A DNA stretch of 64,000 nucleotides. Source: Fidelibacterota bacterium. Its GTDB lineage: Bacteria; Fidelibacterota; Marinisomatia; Marinisomatales; Marinisomataceae. Under the pieces are notes generated by a model, which saw only the letters and a program-made list of their open reading frames with translations, was not told where the DNA came from and did no database searches. Shown in pieces: positions 56,413 to 64,000 of the stretch; positions within the stretch are counted from its first letter, which is position 1, and each line of letters starts with the position of its first letter. The position numbers and the translations under genes were made by a program. The stretch covers positions 800,001 to 864,000 of the forward strand of contig OZ243041.1 of NCBI GenBank assembly GCA_965212055.1, given 5' to 3'.

Positions 56413-57661
56413 GTTTACGACTAGATCTTGAATTATTATTAGATTTTTCTTTAACGATCACTTTTGCACCATCATATAAATCTCGACTAATTGCTACAAA
56501 ACCTCCGGTAACAATTTCTTCGCCTTCTTCAAGGCCAGAGATTATTTCATAATCTCTATCACCAACAATACCAGTTTCAACAAAACGCTGCTCTACAGTA
56601 TTCCCTTTAACAACAAAAACAACATTTCTACCTTTATTACCTGATTCTTGTGATCTATTTCCCCATTGTCTTTTTTCATTACCCGACTCTACAGAAACAC
56701 TAAAATTAGAAGATTTCTTTTTGGATTCACCATCTGGTGCTTGACGAGGGCTTGTTAAAGACTGAATTGGAATTGTAAGAACTTGTTCTCGATTTTCGGT
56801 AATAATATCAACTGCTGCACTCATACCTGGTCTCATTCCATCAGCAACTTCTAACATTTGTACTTTTACCTGAAAATTTGTCACTTGTTGTTGTGAACCA
56901 CCACTTGAAGTACTTGCAGCATATGCTACTTCTTTGACTACGCCTTTAAACTTTCGATCTTGATACGCATCTACTTCGACCAGCGCGTAATCATTTAGAG
57001 AAACATCAGTAATATCATTTTCATTCACATTAACTAGTACTTCCATTCTAGATAAATCTGATAGCTTAATTAATACCTGAGGGTTAAACATCCCTCCTTG
57101 AGCTAAATCACCGACCTCTCCTGTAAGATATGTAATAGTTCCATCTTGTGGTGCTACTAATTTCAATTTTTGTAGAGCATCTTCATCTTGAATTAGTCTA
57201 GCTTTTGCTTGATTATAAGAACTAAGTGCTGAAGCATATGAAGAATTGGTTGTTTCCATTTCTTGATCAGATATTAGTCCTTGTTTATATAATTCTTCCT
57301 GACGTGACTTTTGAGATTTTCTTTGCTCCAGTTGTACTAAAGTTGCTTCTACACTCGCTCTTGATGCTTCTGTCGCAGCTCTTTGTTGACGATCATCTAA
57401 AGACATTAAAAAATCGCCTTTTTTAACAAAGTCTCCTTCTTTGACTGCAATATCGGTAATATAAGTAGTATTATTTGCACTTAATTTAATTTCTATTTCA
57501 GGCTGTAATTCACCATCGGAAACTACTTTGCTAGATAAATCTTTTCTTTCCATTTTCATGGTAGAAACTTCAATAGATCCATCACCATTAGATGAAAATG
57601 GGTTTAGATATAAAACAATTCCTGCTAAAACTACTAAACCAGCGATTAATTTTTTCTTCAC
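56405..57661 (-). CDS. Efflux periplasmic adaptor (MacA/HlyD-like)
   Basis: [34 protein letters not shown] start with GGAG SD. Confidence 0.93.
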   Translation of the reverse strand: MKKKLIAGLVVLAGIVLYLNPFSSNGDGSIEVSTMKMERKDLSSKVVSDGELQPEIEIKLSANNTTYITDIAVKEGDFVKKGDFLMSLDDRQQRAATEASRASVEATLVQLEQRKSQKSRQEELYKQGLISDQEMETTNSSYASALSSYNQAKARLIQDEDALQKLKLVAPQDGTITYLTGEVGDLAQGGMFNPQVLIKLSDLSRMEVLVNVNENDITDVSLNDYALVEVDAYQDRKFKGVVKEVAYAASTSSGGSQQQVTNFQVKVQMLEVADGMRPGMSAAVDIITENREQVLTIPIQSLTSPRQAPDGESKKKSSNFSVSVESGNEKRQWGNRSQESGNKGRNVVFVVKGNTVEQRFVETGIVGDRDYEIISGLEEGEEIVTGGFVAISRDLYDGAKVIVKEKSNNNSRSSRKRG

Positions 57662-57670
57662 ATTTACTCC

Positions 57671-58942
57671 TTATTGATATTTTTTATCTAGCGTTCCTAA
57701 CAATCCATCCAAGTTTGCAAGTTGCATCGCAGCATCATATTTTGTTGTTACCAATGTTGAACTTGCTTGGAGCACTGCTAATTGTGCATCTAACAATTCT
57801 AAAATTGTTGCGGAACCTAATTCATATTTATTTTGTGCTAATCGTAAATCTTCTTCTGCAGAAATTAATACTTCTTCATAGATTGGAATCAGTTCTTCAT
57901 AATTTTTGAGAGTATTGATTAATGAAGATAAGCTAACTTTGGCATCTTTTCTCGAAGAGTCATACATCATTTTGGATTGTCCAAATCGTATTTTAGATAT
58001 TTCTACAGAATTTCTATTCTTGAGACCAGAAAAAATAGGAATACTAAGAGTTAAATTTGCACTCTTAATATAATTATCATTAAAAAATTCACTTGTAACC
58101 TGTTCATTAGAATATGCATTCATTCCAACACTCAAATTTAAGCTCGGCAAACTTGATCCCCATGATGAACGAAGATTCAATTGGGCAGTCTCAATCTGTG
58201 CATCTAAAATCCTTAACTCAGGACTATTCCCAACCATAATCTCATATGCTTCATTAAAATCAGGAATAATCAATTCTATATTAACTTTATCTCTAATTTT
58301 TAGTTCTATATCTTGTTCTAAAAGTCCCATACTATTTTTTAATGTCTGCTCACTATTATCTCGATTAAGTTTTCTAGATAACAAAGTAGATCTTGCTGTT
58401 CCATATTGTACAGATGCCTTTAAATAGTCAGTTTTGCTCACAGATCCTAGATTATATCGTCTTTCTACCAATTCCAATTGTCTTGAAGACAATTCTAGAT
58501 TCTTTTCAGCAATAGTAAAGAGTTCTTTATTTTTTAAAAATTGATAGTAATACGTATAAACATTCGAGATGATTCTTGATTTTGATTGTCTTTCATTTTC
58601 CTTTGCAATAAGATAATTATTATTACTTTGTCTTACATTTCTGGCATTATTACCAGAATTAAATAAATTTTGATTTAAGCTAATTCCAGCTCCATAATTT
58701 TCACTCGTAGAAAGGCTAGAATTTCCATATGTAGTTTCACTAAAAGAATTGCTTGCTCGCACTGTTGGCAATAACATTCCTATCGCAGAAACTCTATTCA
58801 GTTGAGCTATTTTAGTATCTTGTTCAGCACGCTTCACTGCAGCTTTATTTTCTAGTGCAATACGGACACACTCATCTACACTTAATGTCTGTCCAAAAAG
58901 AACAGAAAAAGATAAAAATAATGTTATAATTTTTCTTTGCAT
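57671..58942 (-). CDS. TolC family outer-membrane efflux protein
   Basis: Signal peptide, LSVDECVRIALEN, RYNLG, LSIPIFSG, KYELGSATILELLDAQ. Confidence 0.93.
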   Translation of the reverse strand: MQRKIITLFLSFSVLFGQTLSVDECVRIALENKAAVKRAEQDTKIAQLNRVSAIGMLLPTVRASNSFSETTYGNSSLSTSENYGAGISLNQNLFNSGNNARNVRQSNNNYLIAKENERQSKSRIISNVYTYYYQFLKNKELFTIAEKNLELSSRQLELVERRYNLGSVSKTDYLKASVQYGTARSTLLSRKLNRDNSEQTLKNSMGLLEQDIELKIRDKVNIELIIPDFNEAYEIMVGNSPELRILDAQIETAQLNLRSSWGSSLPSLNLSVGMNAYSNEQVTSEFFNDNYIKSANLTLSIPIFSGLKNRNSVEISKIRFGQSKMMYDSSRKDAKVSLSSLINTLKNYEELIPIYEEVLISAEEDLRLAQNKYELGSATILELLDAQLAVLQASSTLVTTKYDAAMQLANLDGLLGTLDKKYQ

Positions 58943-58948
58943 ATAATA

Positions 58949-59863
58949 TTAACTAAAAGCGTTTTTTAACAACTCAATACTCTTTGGAACACCTGTAATG
59001 GCATCCTCTTTACCTTCAAATTCTAATGATATATAACCTTTATAGTTAACTTTATTTAATATTTCTGCTATCCGTGGATAATCTAAATCTAAAGTATACC
59101 ATTCTCCTCCACCATAATATGTTTTCGCTTGAACAAATACAGTTTGAGATGCAATTTGTTCTAGTTTATTATAAGGATCTTCTAAAAAATTACCTGTATC
59201 CATTAACACGCCTAGCCAAGGAGAATCTATAGAATTTACAATACGTAAAAGTCCTTCAGGTGTGCGGGTAAGTCCCCAGTGATTTTCCAAAGCAAGTACA
59301 ACGCCAGCTTGCTCAGCATGGGGAAGACAATCATGAATCGAATCTATACACCATTTAAAACCATCATCTTCCGTAAATCCTGGAAGAACCGGCTCAATAC
59401 CTTTATTGGCCATCAAATCATCAAACGATTCAGTTGTATTCCATCTCCCAGAATTAAGACGGATATAAGAAATTCCTAAATCGTGCGCTATATCAATACA
59501 TTTTTTTGTATGATCAATATTTTTATTTCTTTTTTCTTTATCTGGATCAACAAAATCTTGATGTATAGACAAACAAATCAATTCAATCCCTTTATCTTCG
59601 GCTCTATTCTTTAAAGATCGTATATATTCAGGGGTTTCATTGTCCATTTGTACATGGAGAACATCCACTCCATCTACGCCAATATTAGCTGCATGATCAA
59701 TTACTTGTTGTACAGTTACTTTTGGTTCACGAAAATGCCAATAAGAATAAGTGGCGATTGCAAATTTATAATTTGAATTCATATTTATTTTCCCGCAGGA
59801 TTGTAAAAAAGAGCTAGCAAATGGTGCAATCATCGCTGTCGCAATAAATTTTCTACGATTCAT
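58949..59863 (-). CDS. Xylose isomerase-like TIM-barrel (sugar phosphate isomerase/epimerase) with Tat signal
   Basis: NRRKFI twin-arginine motif, LALENHWG, MDTGNF, YISLEFEG. Confidence 0.88.
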   Translation of the reverse strand: MNRRKFIATAMIAPFASSFLQSCGKINMNSNYKFAIATYSYWHFREPKVTVQQVIDHAANIGVDGVDVLHVQMDNETPEYIRSLKNRAEDKGIELICLSIHQDFVDPDKEKRNKNIDHTKKCIDIAHDLGISYIRLNSGRWNTTESFDDLMANKGIEPVLPGFTEDDGFKWCIDSIHDCLPHAEQAGVVLALENHWGLTRTPEGLLRIVNSIDSPWLGVLMDTGNFLEDPYNKLEQIASQTVFVQAKTYYGGGEWYTLDLDYPRIAEILNKVNYKGYISLEFEGKEDAITGVPKSIELLKNAFS

Positions 59864-59928
59864 CGATATATATTTTGTTTTTCATTTTAATTATTAGACG
59901 TTATAAATAACAAAAAAGTAAAAAAGAA

Positions 59929-61356
59929 TTAACTAAATTTATCTGTCTTTTTCAATACATTTAGAAACTTTATTGCTTCCTTATGAGAATTCTCTATTTC
60001 ACCATCTAAAATAGCTTCTTCAACAAGAGATTTAATTGCCCCAATTTTTTTTCCAGCTGATAAATTAAACATTTTCATAATCTCATCTCCTTTAACAGGA
60101 GATTGGAATGAACGCAGCTTATCTAATTCATCAACTTCATTCATTCGTTTTTCGACACGATCAAAATTAGAGAGGTATTTTTTAACATTATCAGGATTCT
60201 TTGTAGTAATATCTGCTCGACATAATAACATTAAATCATCTAAATGTTCTCCACCATCTACAATCAATCTTCTAATTGCAGAATCAGTAACTTCTTTTTT
60301 TGCCAAACTAATTGGTCGCAAGTGTAATGCAGTTAATTTTTGGATATAATTTTTAGTTTTATTAGAAAATTTCATTCTTTTTGAAATATCTTCCAACATT
60401 CTTGAACCGAGATCGTCATGACCATAAAATGTGTATCCTTTTTTACTATGCAATCTCCTAGTTTTAGGTTTAGCAATATCATGCACCAATGCTGCTAAAC
60501 GCAAATTAGTATCATTAGACAATTTTGCAGCATTATCTACTACTTCCATTGTATGAAAGAAAATATCTTTGTGATGCCATTCACTTGTCTGTTCTAGTCC
60601 ATACATCACAGCAATTTCAGGAAAAATATGTTTTAATAAATCTGTTTCCTGTAGAATAATAAATCCAACTGATGGTTTTGGAGTTTCTAATATTTTAAAC
60701 AACTCATTGGTAATGCGTTCTTGAGAAACAATTTTAATCCTATCAACATTACTTTTTATTGATTTCAAACATTTTTTATCAAGATCCATTGATAATTTTG
60801 ATGCAAAATGTGCAGCTCTCATCATTCGCAAAGGATCTTCTTTAAATGTAGTATCAGGATTGACTGGGGTAATTAATAGTTTGGATTTTAAATGCTGAAT
60901 ACCATTAAATGGATCAATTAAAGTACCAAATTCATTCTTGACAAGAGAAATTGCTATAGCATTAATAGTAAAATCTCTTCTTTTTAAATCATTAGTAACA
61001 TCAGTCATATCAACTGATTTTGGTTTTCTTGAATCTGCAGCATAAGATTCAAGTCGTGCAGACGCTACTTCAATCTCACATTCTTTATATGGAATACGTG
61101 CAGTAAAAAACTCTGGAAAAGGCACAATTGTTTTTACGCCTAATTTTTTAGCAAGCTTCTTTGCATAATCGATTGCATCGCCTTCAATCATAATATCAAT
61201 GTCTGTAGCATCTTTTTGAGGATCTATCAATAGATCTCTTACACAACCTCCAACTAGAAATGTCGGGACATTTATATCATCAGATAGTTTGCTAATTTCT
61301 TTTGATAAGCGATATAATCTCTTATTTTCCTTAATTATGTCTTTAATTATTGCCAT
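59929..61356 (-). CDS. cca: CCA-adding tRNA nucleotidyltransferase with HD domain
   Basis: VGGCVRDLL, DIDI, DLKRRDFTINA, EDPLRMMRA, LVHDIAKP; the tRNAs here lack CCA. Confidence 0.88.
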   Translation of the reverse strand: MAIIKDIIKENKRLYRLSKEISKLSDDINVPTFLVGGCVRDLLIDPQKDATDIDIMIEGDAIDYAKKLAKKLGVKTIVPFPEFFTARIPYKECEIEVASARLESYAADSRKPKSVDMTDVTNDLKRRDFTINAIAISLVKNEFGTLIDPFNGIQHLKSKLLITPVNPDTTFKEDPLRMMRAAHFASKLSMDLDKKCLKSIKSNVDRIKIVSQERITNELFKILETPKPSVGFIILQETDLLKHIFPEIAVMYGLEQTSEWHHKDIFFHTMEVVDNAAKLSNDTNLRLAALVHDIAKPKTRRLHSKKGYTFYGHDDLGSRMLEDISKRMKFSNKTKNYIQKLTALHLRPISLAKKEVTDSAIRRLIVDGGEHLDDLMLLCRADITTKNPDNVKKYLSNFDRVEKRMNEVDELDKLRSFQSPVKGDEIMKMFNLSAGKKIGAIKSLVEEAILDGEIENSHKEAIKFLNVLKKTDKFS

Positions 61357-61386
61357 TTTGTAAATTAAAAAATATATCTTTCAATT

Positions 61387-62226
61387 ATGCTAGAAAAACT
61401 AAATAAACAGATTTTATTTATTCTCTTTATTTCTCTACTAAATGGACAATTTAAGGATACTTCTATTGCATTTGATGATCGTCTTCTTAAATCAGATGAA
61501 AGATCTTCTTTGTTTCAATTAGAAAATGACATTAAAAGATTTTATGAATACGCAGTATGGAATGAAGAATATAGTGATTTAGCAATTAATTTAAATATTC
61601 AACTTATTTTTGAAGGAAGTGCTAATCAAGGCAGTGCAAAAACATATGCAATTCAATCACTATTTAGTAATGGAAAAGATTTGCATTTTTTTGATAAAGG
61701 ATCTCAATTTGTTTTAAACCAAAATTCTCTATACTATGATAGTGTTTATTTTGATCCATTATCAAGTCTTCTAGGATTTTACGGAAATATTATCTTAGGA
61801 GCAGAATTAGACACTTGGTCATTATTTGGTGGTACTTCTCATTATGAAAAAGCAAGGTCTATTGCAATTCGATCAAATGCATCCAATTTTTCTAGAGGAT
61901 GGGAACAACGTTTAATACTCATTGAATTATTAACAGCAAATATTGGCTTAAGAAAACTAAGATATTCTACCTATTTGAGCTATGATCAGTATAATAATGG
62001 TAGAATAGACGCATGTTCAGAATCATTAACTGAATTTGTTAATAATTTAGATGAGATTTTTAACAATTATAATCAAGAAAATTACACAAATATCTTCATG
62101 AAATTTCATGGAAAAAAGATTGGTGAAATAATGAAAAAACTTGGCCAGAAAGAACTTTTAAATAAAATGATCTACTTGGACCCTCAAAGAAAAGATATTT
62201 ATGAAAATTATTTAAGTGAAATCTGA
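61387..62226 (+). CDS. DUF4835 (PorD-like) family secreted protein
   Basis: Signal peptide, FDPLSSLLGFYGNIILG.ELDT...GGTSHYEKA pattern recognised from memory of the family. Confidence 0.7.
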   Translation: MLEKLNKQILFILFISLLNGQFKDTSIAFDDRLLKSDERSSLFQLENDIKRFYEYAVWNEEYSDLAINLNIQLIFEGSANQGSAKTYAIQSLFSNGKDLHFFDKGSQFVLNQNSLYYDSVYFDPLSSLLGFYGNIILGAELDTWSLFGGTSHYEKARSIAIRSNASNFSRGWEQRLILIELLTANIGLRKLRYSTYLSYDQYNNGRIDACSESLTEFVNNLDEIFNNYNQENYTNIFMKFHGKKIGEIMKKLGQKELLNKMIYLDPQRKDIYENYLSEI

Positions 62227-62426
62227 GAAAAATATTTTTTTTGTTTAAAAAAATAGTCTATTGCAATACTCCCATTATAAATATTATTCAATTTATTTAA
62301 TCGATAACGGTTTTTTTGTCTAACTCTAATAATCTTTGGTAATGAAAAGAATAACCAAAAATGTGCATTAGTAATTCCAAGAAATCTTTTAAAATCTAAA
62401 GTCATAATTGAATAACATAAAGCCAT
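62208..62426 (-). CDS. C-terminal fragment of the frameshifted GT2 glycosyltransferase
   Basis: Frame continues upstream as ILDDMALCY; joins the GT2 ORF if one A is added at the run 62441-62445. Confidence 0.65.
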   Translation of the reverse strand: MALCYSIMTLDFKRFLGITNAHFWLFFSLPKIIRVRQKNRYRLNKLNNIYNGSIAIDYFFKQKKYFSQISLK

Positions 62427-62431
62427 ATCAT

Positions 62432-63235
62432 CTAATATAATTTTTGAATAATAGACCTTCCATAATTAAAATCTGTAGAATTTTTTAAAAATAATATCCA
62501 AGAATTACGATGATTCAAATAATAGGAATTTATAGAACTTTTTCTAAAATTTTTATATGGACCATAGTGATAGATGTATGAACTCGGAAATGACCAAACT
62601 TCATGCCCTAAACTTTGTACCCTCCAACAAAGATCAATTTCTTCCATATAGGAAAAATAAATTTCATCAAAACCTTTCAATTCCTTAAAAACATTAGACC
62701 GTATCATAAATGCTGCACCAGATGCCCAAAATATTCTTGATGGATTGTTATATTGGTTATGATCTTCCTCTAACGTATGGAAGATTCTTCCTTGAACAAA
62801 TGGAAAACAAAATTTATCAATAAATCCTCCTGCACCTCCTGCATAATCAAATAATTTTTTATTATGAATATTTAAGATTTTAGGTTGAACAGCAGCAATC
62901 TTTGAATTTGAATCCAGAAAATGAACTAACTTTTCAATCCATTCATTTGAATGTTCCGTATCATTATTTAAAAATAATAAATATTTTCCACTTGCATGGG
63001 TTGCACCCAGATTACATCCTCCACTATAACCTAGATTAGAATTACTTGAAATAATTTCAACATTTTGAAAATTACTTTTTACTCGATTGATTGAATTATC
63101 AGTAGAACCATTATCTACAACAATAATTTCAAAATCTTTGATTGAAATATTTTTATAAATAGAATTAATACAATTGTATAGTAAATCTCCTCCATTGTAA
63201 TTTGGAATAATGATTGATACATAGATCATATTCAT
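62432..63235 (-). CDS. Family 2 glycosyltransferase (WbbL-like), frameshifted near the 3' end
   Basis: IIIPNYNG, VVDNGSTD, FLNNDTE, WASGAAF, MEEIDLCWR. Confidence 0.9.
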   Translation of the reverse strand: MNMIYVSIIIPNYNGGDLLYNCINSIYKNISIKDFEIIVVDNGSTDNSINRVKSNFQNVEIISSNSNLGYSGGCNLGATHASGKYLLFLNNDTEHSNEWIEKLVHFLDSNSKIAAVQPKILNIHNKKLFDYAGGAGGFIDKFCFPFVQGRIFHTLEEDHNQYNNPSRIFWASGAAFMIRSNVFKELKGFDEIYFSYMEEIDLCWRVQSLGHEVWSFPSSYIYHYGPYKNFRKSSINSYYLNHRNSWILFLKNSTDFNYGRSIIQKLY

Positions 63236-63999
63236 GAATTTTGAAGTTCCTTTATTTCATCTAATAATTTTGTAGCTTCTAAATCTAAATCATTGGGACT
63301 ACGTACTAACCAATCTTCGATTAAGAGAATAGCATTATCATACTCTTCAAGCTCTTTATAACATAGATAGAGCAACAATACCAGTTCAGGTAGTGATTCT
63401 TGCCACTCTTTCCATTCTAATGGAGTAATTTTTGTTGATTTAAACCCTTGTACTTCAAGAGCTTTTTCGATGATAATAAAATTATCATAAATCGTTTCAA
63501 AAATGGTTTTTGCTTCATTATAATCTTCTAACGTTTGAACAAAAGTCTTTCCATATAACAAATAATCATTAATAGCTAAATCATTTCTTTCTATTAATTG
63601 ATTAAGATGATATCTAAGCTTTACTTTATTGCCTAAACCACCATATAATTGCCCAATTTGATATTGTAATTCTTTTGATGGAATTTCAATAATATTACTT
63701 GGCATTTTCTTTTCCATATCTAACAATACTTTTTCTGCTTTACCAAAATTTTTATCAAGATAATGTGAAATTGCCAATCTGGTAAATCCAGTTCTATAAT
63801 TTTGAATTAATCTACCTAATTGTGGATCAACATATATATTGTCATTTGCAAGGTTTCTGTAAATATATCCCGGTTGATATGTCTTTGAAATTGATAGGTT
63901 GGTATTATTATTATAATTCTTGTTATAATCTATGAACCAACTTTCATCCCCTATAATAGATAATAGATTATTGGTCATTGCATCAACATCGATAATTTG
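63232..63999 (-). CDS. C-terminal part of a large protein, probably DUF2723/TMEM260-like (5'-truncated by the window)
   Basis: Frame open to the window end; YRNL...IYVD...LIQNYRTGFTRLA followed by TPR-like helices. Confidence 0.6.
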   Translation of the reverse strand, partial: QIIDVDAMTNNLLSIIGDESWFIDYNKNYNNNTNLSISKTYQPGYIYRNLANDNIYVDPQLGRLIQNYRTGFTRLAISHYLDKNFGKAEKVLLDMEKKMPSNIIEIPSKELQYQIGQLYGGLGNKVKLRYHLNQLIERNDLAINDYLLYGKTFVQTLEDYNEAKTIFETIYDNFIIIEKALEVQGFKSTKITPLEWKEWQESLPELVLLLYLCYKELEEYDNAILLIEDWLVRSPNDLDLEATKLLDEIKELQNS

Positions 64000-64000
64000 A

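Noticed and set aside
57658..57663. ATG-TGA mini-ORF overlapping the GTG start of the adaptor gene
   Set aside because: SD spacing favours the GTG; likely chance

Overview
A very AT-rich (about 30% GC by eye, not computed) and extremely gene-dense bacterial core-genome region. Intergenic gaps are mostly 0-60 nt and many start/stop codons overlap. FCB-type markers (T9SS/FlgD-type C-terminal sorting domain, DUF4835/PorD-like and DUF2723-like genes, long SecA, short ATP synthase epsilon) together with an intact atpBEFHAGDC operon and split secD/secF suggest a streamlined marine FCB lineage, most likely Marinimicrobia (SAR406); this taxonomy is inference. The window holds about 62 CDS and three tRNAs (Leu-TAG, Arg-TCT, Asn-GTT; none encodes CCA). 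Long minus-strand runs are: parAB-M23-bactofilin-atp-aspS-phoH-ldh-nusB-secA-PLP lyase-tRNA-SLC13-pcd; Omp85-tgt-...-SSS-tRNA-PiT-like-FKBP-porin-SGNH; and TolC/MacAB-like-gatC-kdsB-pyrG-kdsA-kdsC-lptC-lptB-rpoN-argF. I found no CRISPR array, transposase, integrase, prophage or defence system, and I cannot claim a confirmed new system. The best leads are: (1) a stand-alone 75-aa two-repeat basic protein with a strong promoter, SD and terminator, a candidate nucleoid or nucleic-acid-binding protein; (2) a transporter start codon only 3 nt after a tRNA 3' end, possibly tRNA-processing-coupled translation; (3) parallel loss of structural zinc ligands in SecA, TGT and a HIT protein; (4) a peptidase-propeller-Omp85 fusion; (5) a PiT-like plus porin module between two tRNAs. 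Two genes are split by single-base losses in homopolymers, probably sequence errors.
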